64,000 bases of DNA. Origin: Octopus vulgaris. Lineage: Eukaryota. Positions within the stretch are counted from its first letter, which is position 1. The number at the start of each line of letters is the position of its first letter. The translations under genes and the position numbers were made by a program. Below, in pieces: positions 42,248 to 57,451 of the stretch. The notes beneath the pieces are model-generated. The model did no database searches. It worked only from the letters and a program-made list of their open reading frames with translations, and was not told where the DNA came from. The DNA is taken from NCBI GenBank assembly GCA_951406725.2, contig OX597826.1, positions 60,326,001 to 60,390,000 on the forward strand, read 5' to 3'.

Positions 42248-43187
42248 ATATGTAAAAAAATACAAACTGGGACAAGAACGCAAAACATTTAGAAGACGAT
42301 ACAGAAAACACGGACGGGACATTCGAGGCCTTCCATCTTCAGTCAAGAACCGGATCATCCTCGCAATTTCGGCTGATTAATCATGAGATTGCTCCGAACT
42401 GGACAGCCCCAAAGGAAAATCTAAGCCAAGCGCATTAGATTCCTTGGAAGAAAGCCTCGAATGTATACAAAACAAGGACGGAAAAACGGACGATGTTACA
42501 CGAATAAGAATACAAAAATACGTAAAGACAATAATGATTACATGAATAGAATACAAAAGTACGTAAAAACAATAATGATAACACGAATAGAATACAAAAA
42601 AACGTAAAAACAATAATGATAATAATAATAACAAAAACAGGACGTCACAGACAGTCGTCTTTTCGACAGGACGAGTAAACTTTGAGCTGGAGTGTTAGAA
42701 AAATGCCTTAGGGCAAGAGAGAGAAAAAATGTGTCTTGCCGCGACAACTGCTGACCACGAAAAGGCTGGCAATCAGTCGGTTAGTCAAGTGTGAGGAGAA
42801 GAGAGAGGAAGAGGGGGGGGACAGAGAAATAGAGAAAAAAAGGGGAACAAGGAACAAAGGAGGAGAAGAAGAGAGAGAAAGAGAGAAAGGCAGATCGAAG
42901 TGGAGTGCAAAGTGTGAAAGGCAGAGAAATGTAGGAGAGGGGGGAGAGAGACAGTGTTATAGAGTCGTACCAAGTTTAAAGAAATATGTACTTACATATA
43001 AGACCAAAAAGGGTACGGGCCCGCTATATATATATGTATATGTAAAAAAATACAAACTGGGACAAGAACGCAAAACATTTAGAAGACGATACAAAAAACA
43101 CGGACGGGATATTCGAAGCCTTCAATCTTCAGTCAAGAACCGGATCATCCTCGCAATTTCGGCTGATTAATCTTGAGATTGCTCCGA
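42166..43187. mobile_element. Non-coding element with ~190-230-bp direct terminal repeats (pseudo-LTR-like)
   Basis: 42166-42397 and 42997-43187 are near-identical apart from (TA)n length; the interior is purine-rich and has its own short tandem repeats. Confidence 0.7.
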
Positions 43188-43896
43188 TCATTGTGAGAAA
43201 TAGGAGGAAAATTTCTACAGGAGGAGTGCAAATGTTGTATGTACTTGTGTGTGTATATTTTATTATAGCACGTTAGATTATTTACGTCGCAAAATCTTTA
43301 ATAGCAATTCCTGATTTTACACACTGCCGTACTTGCGCCATATATACTCTTGTCCTCCGTGTAGCTGAGACAACCCAAATTTCGACATTCTTAAGAGTTT
43401 CGGTATTAGTTTAAGATTGTTTTATACAGAAAATATCTTAAAAGGGATTCGCACAACATACTTATACATTCAGTTACACAGAATGATGCACTGACGCTTC
43501 ATTCTCATATCCTATCTGGGTGATAAAGTTTGACAATATTAACAAGTATAATATAGATTGATTGACTTTATAAAACCAGTTTTCATTCATTAACGCAGAG
43601 ACTTGAACAATAGCATCCTGAAAAGATAAAAGTAAAATATCATAACTGCTGATGGTTTTGAGACAAATCCATCAATATTTATTTTGGAAATGCATTAAAC
43701 TATGAAAGAGTAATCGTTTGTCTATAGTATATTTCTCATAACTTAGACAAATATACAGTGATAATAAACATGCATTGATGTTACTTCCATTTTTCTTTTA
43801 CGCAGTATTGAGAAGGTATGATAATATCAGGTATTTTTGCATATAAACTAATGAATATGCCACATTTTGTAATGTATCTTTGGGAAAATATAACTA

Positions 43897-44304
43897 TCTT
43901 TACTCTTTTACTTGTTTCAGTCATTTGACTGCGGCCATGCTGGAGCACCGCCTTTAATCGAGCAAATCTACCCCGGGACTTATTCTTTTTGTAAGCCCAG
44001 TACTTATTCTATCGGTCTCTTTTGCCGAACCGCTAAGTAACGGGGACATAAACACACCAGCATCGGTTGTCAAGCAATGCTAGGGAGACAAACACAGACA
44101 CACAACACTTACACGCATATGTATATATATATACATATATACGACAAGCTTCTTTCAGTTTCCGTCTACCAAATCCACTCACAAGGCATTGGTCGGCCCG
44201 AGGCTATAGTAGAAGACACTTGCCCAAGGTGCCACGCAGTGGGACTGAACCCGGAACCACGTGGTTGGTAAACAAGCTACTTACCACACAGTCACTCCTG
44301 CGCC
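43897..44304 (-). mobile_element. tRNA-derived SINE family B, full length
   Basis: Head GGCGCAGGAGTGACTGTGTGG...GGTTCAGTCCC; CCTTGGGCAAGTGTCTT core-like segment; internal microsatellite; A-rich repetitive tail. Confidence 0.9.
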
Positions 44305-44596
44305 TAGATAGTTATATTTCAGTATGTTTACGAATGTATGTGCATAAATATCATCAGGCTGGTCCCTTCAACAATCGTGTGAAAAATCGACACAGTAGAA
44401 CTGAGATGACGATTTAGGTGAATTCAAATTTTAAAAATATATATGTACTTTCATGGCAGATGTTTGTACAGCAAATCAAATTTCGGCTGAATAAACGTGG
44501 AAATTCTTACAAGAAACCAATAATACGGGAACCAGTCGTTGAGCACTAATTCACTCATTTGCTTACTCAGATGTGTTTATATATACATACATACAT

Positions 44597-44670
<74 letters not shown>

Positions 44671-44714
44671 CCATATATGCATATATATATACATATCTAC
44701 ACACACACACACAC

Positions 44715-44747
<33 letters not shown>

Positions 44748-45374
44748 CACGTATATATATATATATATATATATACGTATATATATATATATATATACAT
44801 ACATGTGTGTATGCGTGTTTATAAATGTATGCATATATGGTTGTGAGTGTGTGAGTGTGTGTGTGTGCATACGTATACATGTGCGTTTGCATGTATGTGT
44901 ATACTTACTTACAATAATGTATGTATGTGTCTATTATCTTGTGTATTTCAAAATAATATATTTGCATGGTTGCTTTTATGCCTCTTGGGATATAAAGAGC
45001 TAATCATACCGACGCACACGCGTCTACGCTTGTGTATCTAGACGCTCACCCCCACGCAGTTACAAACACACAGACACACACACAGACACACGCACATAAC
45101 ACTCACTCACACACACACACACACACGCATATATATATGTATGTACTTATAGACAAATACATATACATACCTATATCTATTGTATTTATGTGCGTACGTA
45201 CGTACGTACATACTGGCGTATGTATACGAAGTATAGCCGATCTGTATATTTATCGGTGCGGACCCACGCCGTGTGCTTATTTGTTTACATACGGACTTGT
45301 GTGCAGTGTTTCACGAGTATTTTCAACTTGTAGACAACGAGATTTTACAATGTCTAAGAAAACTACATAAACAC

Positions 45375-45412
<38 letters not shown>

Positions 45413-45784
45413 TCACCACCCCCCTTACAGAAACCATCCACGAAGTTACGCACACATAGGATTCATGAGCAAACACACGTACAAATTTTATCCGTTGAAC
45501 ATTAAACTCAAGACAAAGATTATGTGACACAAAAATCGAATGCGAAATAATCTGTTAATGTTATTAAATGTTACTATTGGTTGGAGAACGTTTTCTAGAT
45601 GTCTATATTTTTGCCTAGATGGATATTCATATAAAGGTATATATATGTGTGTGTTTATGTGTGTGTGTTTATGTGTGTGTGCATGTGTGTGTGCATATAT
45701 ATATATATATATGGAGAAAGCGTGATAGGTATAGATAGCCATATATAAATATACATATGTGCATATATATATATATATATATGT

Positions 45785-45848
<64 letters not shown>

Positions 45849-46269
45849 TATATATCTGTGTATATGTATATAAATATATGTGTGTATATGTATATGCGTG
45901 TTTGGATGTGTGTGGTTGTTTGTTCTGTTTGTGTGTTTATTTGTGTTTGTGTGTGAGTGTGTGTGTGGCTGGGTGGGTGGCTGATGGCGCTGTATTGCTG
46001 ATAACATTAAGTGGTCAGACAGGAAATATACTGGAATACGGAAATGTATATGTGTTTAACTACTACTACTACTACTACAAATCATAATAATAAGTATAGC
46101 AACATCAGTAGCAATGATGATGATGACGACGATGACGATGACGACGACGGGGATGATGATGACGACGATGACGATGAAGACGACGACGACGACGATGATG
46201 ATGATGATGATGATGACCATGTTGTTGGTGATGGTGACAAACAATTATTTCTATCTTTGATATCATTTT

Positions 46270-46510
46270 AATAAGGCAGGGAATCGTTAGTCTCCTACAA
46301 TGTGATACACTTTGTTCGGATCTTGTTGTTGTTACAAGTCCTGCAGACAGCTGTTTTATCCATCTACTCACATTAAAAACAGCTACTACCAGATTTGTAC
46401 AGTGGTGTATGGTTTGAACTTCCATTCGCAACATCCACATTGTTGGCCTTGCGACAAAATTAGATACTGTTATATAATAAAGTACTATTGAGGCTGATGG
46501 TCTCAACTAA
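46270..46510 (-). mobile_element. Possible piggyBac C-terminal relic
   Basis: ETISLNSTLLY resembles D.A.INAWILY; VCRTCNNNKIRTKC resembles the cysteine-rich domain. Confidence 0.4.
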
Positions 46511-46557
46511 CTACTTCTGCCTAACTTGCAACACATTATTGTTATCATTATTATGAT

Positions 46558-47748
46558 AGCGGTGAACTGGCAGAAACGTTAGCGCGCCGGGCGAAATGCT
46601 TAGCGGTATTTCGTCTGTGTTACGTTGTGAGTTCAAATTCTGCCGAGGTCGACTTTGTCTTTCATCCTTTCGGGGTCGATAAATTAAGTACCAGTTACGT
46701 AGTGGAGTCGATGTAATCGACTTAATACCTATGTCTGTCCTTGTTTGTCCGCTCTGTGTTTAGCCCCTTGTGGGTAATAAAAAAATAGGTATTTCGTCTG
46801 CCGATACATTCTGAGTTCAAATTCCACCGAGGTCTACTTTGCCTTTCATCCTTTCGGGGTCGATTAAATAAGTAGCAGTTATGCACTGGGGTCAATATAA
46901 TTGACTTAATCCATTTGTCCGTCCTTGTTTGTCCTCTCTGTGTTTAGCCACTTGTGGGTAATAAAGAAATAGGTACTTCATCTGTCTTTACGTTCTGAGT
47001 TCAAATTCCGCCAAAGTTGACTTTGTCTTTCATCCTTTCTGGTTCGACAAATTAAGTACCAGTTGCGTACTGGGGTTGATCTAATCGATTGCCTCGTCTC
47101 CCCAAAAATATTGGGCCTTTTTCCTAAAGTAGAAAAAGAATCATTAGCATGCCGGGCTTAATACTTATCGATATTTCGTCTCTTTATGTTCTGAGTTCAA
47201 ATTCCACCGAGGCCGACTTTGCTTTTCATCCATTCGGGGTGATAAATTAAGTAGCAGTTGAGTACTGGGGTCGTTCCAATCCACTGCCCTTCTCCCTTGT
47301 GTCTTTAGTAAAAAGGTTTATTATCAGCATTATCATGCGAGGCGGTAAAGTGGTGGAATCTTTAGCAATCTGTTAAATTGTTCTGGAACATGTCGTCCAT
47401 CTTTACGTTGTGAGATGAAATTCCGCCAGGGTCATCTTTGACTTTCATCATTACGGGGTCAGTAAAATAAGCACAAATTGAACACTGCAGGCAACATAAT
47501 CGACTATCCCCGAAATTTCTTGTCCCAGATTTAAAACCCCTGGTTTTAAAATAGGTATTTCATATGTTTTTTTCGTTCTCAGTTCAAATTCCACCAAAGT
47601 CGACTTTGCGTTTCATCCTTTCGGGGTCGATAAATTAAGTACCAGTTGCATGCTGGCGTTGATCTAATCGACCGCCCCCTATCCCCAAAAATATCGGGCC
47701 TTGTGCCTAGAGTAGAAAAAAAATCTTTAGCATGCGTAGCGTAAATAC

Positions 47749-47802
<54 letters not shown>

Positions 47803-48110
47803 CATTATTATTATTATTATTGTTGTTGTTGTTGTTTTTGTTATTATTATTAGTAGTAGTAGTATTATTATTATTGTTGTTGTTGTTATTATTATTATTA
47901 TTATTATTAAGGCATAATAATAGCATTTCTTTGCGTTCTGAGTTCAAATTCTGCCGGGGTCGATGAAATAAGTACCAGTTGACTTATTGACTATTCCTTT
48001 CCTCTAAAATTTTAGGCTTTGTGCCTTAGTGGAAATGATTATTATCATTATTGAGGCGGTGAGACGACGGGATTGTTAGCACACCCGGGGAAAATACTTA
48101 GCGACATTTT
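46558..48110 (+). mobile_element. Cluster of SINE family A copies (trimer plus further monomers)
   Basis: Units start at 46605, 46788 and 46972; further copies near 47142, 47340, 47553 and 47925; a head fragment at 48054. Confidence 0.9.
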
Positions 48111-48331
48111 ATTTAACCACTGAGCGTGAGTTCTTAGAATTTATGATTACTAAATTTGAGCATTTTTTTTAGAAACGCAATTAGTAACGTGAATAAAACG
48201 GGATATTATTTTTAGAATACATACTGATATATTAAACCACAAGAGAGTATCCACAAATATAGCAGGGCAAGGACACAACATGAATCGTCATTTCCAGAAA
48301 TGCTCATGAGAAAGTTTGGAGCAACCAGTAC

Positions 48332-49095
48332 TCTTTTCTTCTTTAGGCACAAAGCCCGAAATTTTTGGGAAGGGGGCCAGCGAATTAGATCAACCCAGTA
48401 CGCAACTGGTACTTAATGTATTGACACCGAAAGAATGAAAGGCAAAGTCGACCTCGGCGGAATTTGAACTCAGAACATGAAAGACAGACGAAATACCTAT
48501 TTCTTTACTACCCACAAGGAGCTAAACACAGAGAGGACAAACAAGAACAGACAAACGGATTAAGTCGATTATATCGACGCCAGTGCGTAACTGGTACTTA
48601 TTTAATCGACCCCGAAAGTATGAAAGGCAAAGTCGACCTTGGTAGAATTTGAACTCAGAACGTAAAGACAAGCGAAATACGTATTTCTTTACTACCCACA
48701 AGGGGCTAAACACAGAGAGGACAAACAAGAACAGACAAACGGATTAAGTTGATTATATCGACCCAAGTGCGTAACTGGTACTTTTTTAATCAACCCCGAA
48801 AGTATGAAAGGCAAAGTCGAGCTTGGCAGAATTTGAACTCAGAACGTAAAGACAAGCGAAATACGTATTTCTTTACTACCCACAAGGGGCTAAACACAGA
48901 GAAGACAAACAAGAACAGACAAACGGATTAAGTCGATTATATCGACCCAAGTGCGTAACTGGTACTTTTTTAATCAACCCCGAAAGTATGAAAGGCAAAG
49001 TCGAGCTTGGCAGAATTTGAACTCAGAACGTAGCGGCAGACGAAATACCGCTAGGCATTTCGCCCGGCGTGCTAACGATTCTGCCAGCTCGCCGC
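48332..49095 (-). mobile_element. SINE family A tetramer
   Basis: One head ending at 49095; four GAATTTGAACTCAGAAC units with ~184-bp period; tail at 48332. Confidence 0.92.
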
Positions 49096-49482
49096 TTCGA
49101 AGCAACCAATATCACACAGCAATCATGGTCCATGTTACATTAAATATACGTCGAATCTTTGTCGTACTCGCATAGGTACTATTTCTTCTCTGATACAAGG
49201 TATGATGGTTCATTTATTTGACGGCTTCACGTCTCCCCAACAAATTCCAGGAGGTTTTTATCACTTTTGACAAGGAGTCTCACTTCGATTTTCACGGCTA
49301 CAGACACACTTACAGACCGATATATATATATATATATATATGGTACAGGTAATAAACCTCATTTACGGGATGATAAATCCAATGAAAATACTGGTTAATT
49401 ACCAATCTATAGAAAGTTCAACTATGTCCTTGCATAGCAAGTGACTTGTTCTGTCATCGTGTACTGAAACGAAAACAACTGC

Positions 49483-49550
<68 letters not shown>

Positions 49551-49910
49551 ATGTATATATATACAGAGAGTGAGGGAGAGATAGATATATAGATATATAG
49601 ATAGATAGACTGTTGTGTCTAGGGAGAGCCACTACGTTAATATCAATAACATACGCACTGGTTCAATTCTATTTATTTATCCTAGTATTTATCCTAGTTA
49701 CATATTTATCCTAGTAACTAATTTGTGGGTTAAACAATTACTTGTTTTGCTTTTTATCCGTCAAAGCTCGTCCATTGGCATTTGCAACATTTTCAGTCGC
49801 TTCTCAGTCCGTTACGGGGTCCGCATTTGTCTGTCTGAGACTTCGTTGCTTGAATGTGGATAGAATTTGGAAGGTGAATAAACATATATCCAGATATATG
49901 TATATATATA

Positions 49911-49959
<49 letters not shown>

Positions 49960-49964
49960 GTTAA

Positions 49965-50182
49965 TTCACCGGTTTCTGTGGCGTATGTGTCCCCCCCCCC
50001 CAGCTGGACGGGACGCCAGTCCATCGCAGCGTTACTCAAGAAACAGGAAGAAAGAATGAGAAAAAGTTGGGGCGAAAGAGTACTACATGTGTCGCCACCA
50101 TCCCCTGCCGGATCCTCGTAGAGCTTTAGGTGTTTCCGCTGAATAAACCCACACAATGGCCGGTCTGGGAATCGAAACCGCG
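49965..50182 (-). mobile_element. SINE family C variant with a V-domain-like 3' segment
   Basis: 5' part matches 30100-30240, then switches to CTGCGATGGACTGGCGTCCCGTCCAGC. Confidence 0.75.
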
Positions 50183-50203
50183 AACACACACACACACTCA
50201 CAC

Positions 50204-50234
<31 letters not shown>

Positions 50235-50915
50235 GAAGACAGAGAGACGTAGTAACTTATAATAATTTAAAGCACACTAACTTACATTAAGCATATCAGT
50301 GCCAGCGTAAGAGAAACATCTAATATTTATGGTGTATGTTTTGATATTTTACTTATTAACATCCTCTATTTCCTATTATTCATTATTTCAACAAGCAGCA
50401 TAAATAACGTTACACAGCTAACTACATTACACCTTTTTCAAACGCTTATCTTCCACTTAAAAACCACATGACAATATGTGTGTCTCTGGTTACTGCACCA
50501 GCAATCTCAAATTAGTATTCCCATGTGGCAAGATCAAGAACATAGAATTAATTTCCCTGAAGCTAGCGTAGAACCTGTAAACTTTATCCTAGAAAATGTT
50601 TCTGTTTTTAGTGCAAAACATGGTATTGAATTTTTTTTTTCAGTTTGGCACAAGATCATAAATTTATGAGATGGGTGAAAACAGAATTCGAGGTTATGTG
50701 ATTTCCATATATTCCATACTGGTGCACAGTATTTCCTTGGGTAACGGAATAAAATGTGGAACTATATTGCTTCAACATTCGAGATTTACCTTGATATCTA
50801 TTATAATTAATTGGAATGCGTAGCTTCCTTTTATTTCCGGATTGCTATACATACAAAACACACGAACATATATACATACACTCATATATATACACACTGA
50901 TACACACACACACAT

Positions 50916-50958
<43 letters not shown>

Positions 50959-51015
50959 AGATAAGTAGATAGACAGATAGATAGATGAATGTCGATATAC
51001 GCACACCTATATAAA

Positions 51016-51055
<40 letters not shown>

Positions 51056-51132
51056 TGCAGCGTGGAAGGTGTTTGTAAGCCATTTAAGAAACACACAAAA
51101 GCCGTTCGATTCACTTCAACATTTAAGTTTAA

Positions 51133-51182
51133 TTTGTCAAAATATTTTCGTCGCTAAAATCCGCGACCTGTTCACTGACAAA
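51133..51182 (-). ncRNA. Second copy of the G3-C8 hammerhead motif
   Basis: Minus strand TTTGTCA-GTGAACA-G-GTCGC(GGATTTTA)GCGAC-GAA-AATATT-T-TGACAAA; only loop II differs. It shares a ~85-nt 3' tail ending CAATTG before (TA)n. Confidence 0.75.
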
Positions 51183-51752
51183 AATGCGAGTACATCTCCT
51201 ATATATATATACATACGTACACGCACACATGTATATGCATACAAACACACACATCTATATATATATATACATTCAACCCTCACACACATACACAATAAGG
51301 GAATAAAAGGAGCGCAAGTGGTGTAAACATTATCGATCGCTCATACTTAATGCGTGTGATGAGTTGGCTCGCCGCATTCGCTGCGAGATAACGTTCGGGG
51401 ACGATGCTCCTGCTAACGGTGGTTGTTGAAACACCTGAAAGTTTTAGACAGGCGAGACAACTCGCCTTAGATCGCTTTGAGGTGTGATGGATACTTCAGT
51501 TTTGTAGCTGAACAACGTACTATGCCTGAATCTAGTCACCAGTCTATGACTATATAAATAATGTAAGAACTATCTGCTGATGTGCCTTGGCGGTGTGGAT
51601 GTAAGATCACCTTGAATAACGAGGTAAAAGTGTGTGAGTTCGATATGTTATTTCATGCCACAAGATAGTGTGAAGTGGCTCTGAATTGTACAGCACTTGA
51701 AAGATAAGATCATACATGAGGAAAAATGGTATGATTTCGACAATCATACTAA

Positions 51753-51964
51753 GGTGGCGAGCTGGCAGAAACGTTAGCACGCCGGGCGAAATGCTTAGTG
51801 GTATTTCGTCTGCCGCTACGTTTTGAGTTCAAATTCCACCAAGGTCGACTTTGCCTTTCATCCTTTCGGGTTCGATTAAATAAGTACCAGTTACGCACTG
51901 GGGTCGATATAATCGACTTAATCCGTTAGTCTGTGGTTAGCCCCTTGTGGGTAGTAAAGAAATA
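51753..51964 (+). mobile_element. SINE family A monomer with an 18-bp flanking direct repeat
   Basis: GGTATGATTTCGACAATC at 51728-51745 and at 51965-51982. Confidence 0.92.
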
Positions 51965-52159
51965 GGTATGATTTCGACAATCTAAGGTCAGGGGTTGTGT
52001 AAATATATGCTCGCATCTGTTGTAGCATGCTATATTCGCAGCGATGTCATTTATGTACGAGAAACTTATCTGAACGTTGTAGTTGTCGAAAAGCTTATAG
52101 TACTCAAACCCTGGGGCAAATGCCTCTTGAATGATGAGACAAATCTCCGAGAAATGTTG

Positions 52160-52660
52160 GATTTTAACTTCTAGGTTAAATGGAGCTCTGAACTAGATTA
52201 TCTGTTACACTCTGTTTCTCTTTCTTCTGTGAATCCAGTCCTCGCTAACGACTCGTTGTAATTGGTGTTTCACTATTCAAGATCTCTCTCGACGTTGTTA
52301 ACTTTTGCCTGATTCCAATTTGCCGTAGGGAGACGGTATGAGTTTTGGTTGATATGTGTAGTGTTATCATTTGACTTCCTGATCTAGGCTTACGTTCTGG
52401 AAGTCGACTTTCGTTACGTTAATGGTATGTCCTGAACCTAGACCGAATTCTTTGAAGAACGTCGCTTTCATACTTTGCATTCCTATTCATATAGCTAGCA
52501 ACTTCGAGAGAGTCTCCTCTATACAATGCCGGACTATAGGGAGTGGATTAGCTTCCTATGATAATTCTAGATAAACAATCCGATGAAATTATTGAAATCA
52601 GTACCGTTATACGTCAAAGATTCGTTCGACTGCTTTCATAACCCAGTAGAAAACATGTTC
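52160..52660 (-). mobile_element. Possible LTR-retrotransposon (BEL/Pao-like) integrase relic
   Basis: TYNGTDF, TPYSP, IPLT and NLEV pieces occur in the order expected for an integrase C-terminal half; degraded. Confidence 0.35.
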
Positions 52661-52673
52661 AAACAAGATTAGC

Positions 52674-52727
<54 letters not shown>

Positions 52728-52861
52728 GCACACACATGCATAAATACACAAGAGCCTGTATATAAACGCAAGCGATTTCATTCATATATATATATACATA
52801 TAGATGGATCTATATGTATATATATATATGTATGTACATATGTGTATATATGTCTGTATAC

Positions 52862-52957
<96 letters not shown>

Positions 52958-53458
52958 GCGTTTGTATATATTCTGTATATATGTGCAAATATGTATATAT
53001 ATATAAATACATATCATATATAAATTATATCTTCGTGTTCAGGTGTAGGCAGGTGCGTGAGGGAAGTTTATATATTAGCTTTCAAAATCGGTGTTTCATT
53101 GATATTCGAGGAGTGAAGAGACTGCTCGATAAATGATCTCTATAATGAGAGGGAAGAAATATGAAAATTTTCCAGAATATTTTATATAAAAAAATATATC
53201 AAATATAGGCTATTATTTAACTGTCAGTATATCAAGGCTATAATGCAACTGGTTACAATTTACTTGTCATATAATGTCAGAGTATATTTTCTGTCATTAA
53301 AAACATATATGCGTGCGTGGATCTCTGTTTAAAATGTGTCTGTTTAAAAGGATTACACTGAGAATGGGGTTGTGATTGTTGAAAAACACATTCCCAAACG
53401 CATATTCCCCTACGTCTATATACATATACGCATACATATATACATATATATAAATGTG

Positions 53459-53541
<83 letters not shown>

Positions 53542-53660
53542 TAGATAGATAGATAGATAGATATATAGATAGAAAGATAGATAGATAGATGTGTGTGTGA
53601 ATGTGTGTGTGAATTTGCATAATTATGCTCATTTATTTCACACACACACACACAAAAACA

Positions 53661-53706
<46 letters not shown>

Positions 53707-54203
53707 GTCTATGCATGCGTGTATATATATATACATATGTGCATGTGATGGGCTTCTTACAGTTTCCATCTACAAACTCCATTGACAAGCCTTTGTAGCA
53801 CTAGGTATACATTGGAAGAAACTCTCCCAAAGTAGTACGGTGTTGCGCCTGCGCCGATATGCGCATTTATACATATATACATATGCATATATGCATATAT
53901 ATATATATATGAACATACACATATATGTGCATCGTCTTATGTGCATATGTACGTACGTAAATGCATGTACGTACACATGCGAACACTTATACGCGCGCGT
54001 GTGTGTGTGTACTTAATTAATTGTAGGTCGACTAGTGTTTACATTCGAAATATTTAAAAAGGTAGCACATTCAAATTGCTCATATAATGTAGCGATGCAT
54101 GGAAATGATAAAATATCTATCCAAATCCTATATAATTATGATCATATCACGTGCGTTTGCTTGCAACATATCAATCATATTTGCATTTTCCAGAAATATC
54201 TCC

Positions 54204-54288
<85 letters not shown>

Positions 54289-55051
54289 GCTCTCTAGCTA
54301 TTTAATTATGTATGTTTCTGTATATCTACTCATCCATCTATCCTTCTATCCATCCATTCATCCATACATTCATCCATCTATCTATATGTATATCCATATA
54401 TTTATCTGTCTATCTATCAAACAACATATCATACATGCACACTCGCACACACATATATATAAGTGTGTGTATATATGTATATATGTGTAGTATATGCACG
54501 TATGCATATGCATGGAAATGCATGTGTGTATTAAATCTTCCGAAATTTTTTCTATCATTCATTCACTCTAGATATGGAGACAATCACACATATTTCCATT
54601 TGGTCGCAAATATTCAGAAAGTTGCATGGACAGCCATAGAAGCATGCTTATGAATATCCATACAGAAACATGCATGAAAATGCGTTTAATACCCCATCAT
54701 TTGTGCATAAACAGATACTATGTATGCCCAGTTAGATATCTTTACATGTCAGTGTAGAATCCTGCAAATATGCCCTGTTTCTCAGTCACATAAAAATTCT
54801 AAGTTGGGATCTAACTTTCACTTTCACTTTAGCCTCGGATAAATATAAATAAAAAATATAGAAATTGCAAATCATAGAATTATTCAATTTTAGCTCAATT
54901 CCTTTTAATAAAGCCTGTAGAAAGATTCATAACTACATACACATTTGCATGTGGGTACGTGTACGTGTGTGTATGTGTGTGTATGTGTGTGCGAGCGTGT
55001 GTTTATGTGCGTGTGTGAGCATGTGTGTGATTTATATATACATGTATACCC

Positions 55052-55119
<68 letters not shown>

Positions 55120-55320
55120 ATATGTGTATGGGTGAGTGTTTGTGTGCATAATTGTATTTCATTCTCTTTCCTCTTATTCGTATCATTATTATTATCATTA
55201 CTGTAAGACTACCAAAATATATCAGACTCTCGGAGAATCAGGTTATGCTGGTGTGTCTGTATATACATACATTCATACATATATGTATAGATATCAATCT
55301 CTCTCTCTCTCTCTCTCTCT

Positions 55321-55460
<140 letters not shown>

Positions 55461-55540
55461 TATATATATATAAATTCTTATATACATATATGCATATATG
55501 TGTGTGTCTGTGTGTACATATATATATGTCTGTGTGTATG

Positions 55541-55586
<46 letters not shown>

Positions 55587-56241
55587 CACATACATATATA
55601 CATGTATATGTGTGTGCATGTGTGTGTATGTATACAGGAACATGCAGTAAAAGAGAAAGTGAGCTACCAAATGGATCATTTGGCATTCTTAATGCACATA
55701 CTCACGCATAAACACCCCTATATACACGAGCTCGCGCGCACACACGCATACACACAAAGTCACTTGACAAGTGTTGCTGTCATGAAATGAATGATAATCA
55801 TTATTCGTGCATCATAGACCCTGCAGCACTGATTCCAAACTATATACACCTCTGACATTTGATGACGTATTAAAGATCATTTTCTTTCCACCTACTGCCA
55901 TATTTGACAGCTTAACGATTTTTGACAACGTCTTCGCTCTTTGTTAAATATTTTGAAAAAAAAAAAAAAAAAAAAGAGAAGAAATTACTTGCAACCCATT
56001 GAAATGTTATCCCTTGATTCAAAGCTCCACGCCCTGCATTCTCCTCACCGTAGGAACATAAAAAAAAAAACGAATAAGCATATTAATGTATCAAAGCTGT
56101 TGAAATTTAAATGATTGATATAATATATATTTATATATATATTGAGTTGGCAAATATCTGATATTCATCATCTATGTGTCTGTGTGCGTGATGTTGTGTA
56201 CATGTAAATAAATAAGCATATGCACATGCGTATTTATATGT

Positions 56242-57132
<891 letters not shown>

Positions 57133-57133
<1 letters not shown>

Positions 57134-57378
57134 TATGTTTGACTTTTGCTCCAAGTCTCACCCAGAGACCTCAAGAGACAACAGGTTGGAAGTTCTGTGC
57201 CATATATTTGTTTTTTTTTTTTGTGTGTTGTACTAGTGAATGTCTAATACATAAAAATAAAAAATAAATAAATAAATAAAGTTTGTTTTAAACCTTGGGA
57301 TTACATAGAGAGTATTTTGCGTTTAAGCCTTGGGATTACATAGAGAGTATTTTGGGTTTATTATTATTATCATTATTA

Positions 57379-57451
<73 letters not shown>

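Noticed and set aside
46558-49095. CRISPR-like or tRNA-gene array
   Set aside because: Units are ~184-bp SINE bodies with no unique spacers and no complete cloverleaf; eukaryotic context.
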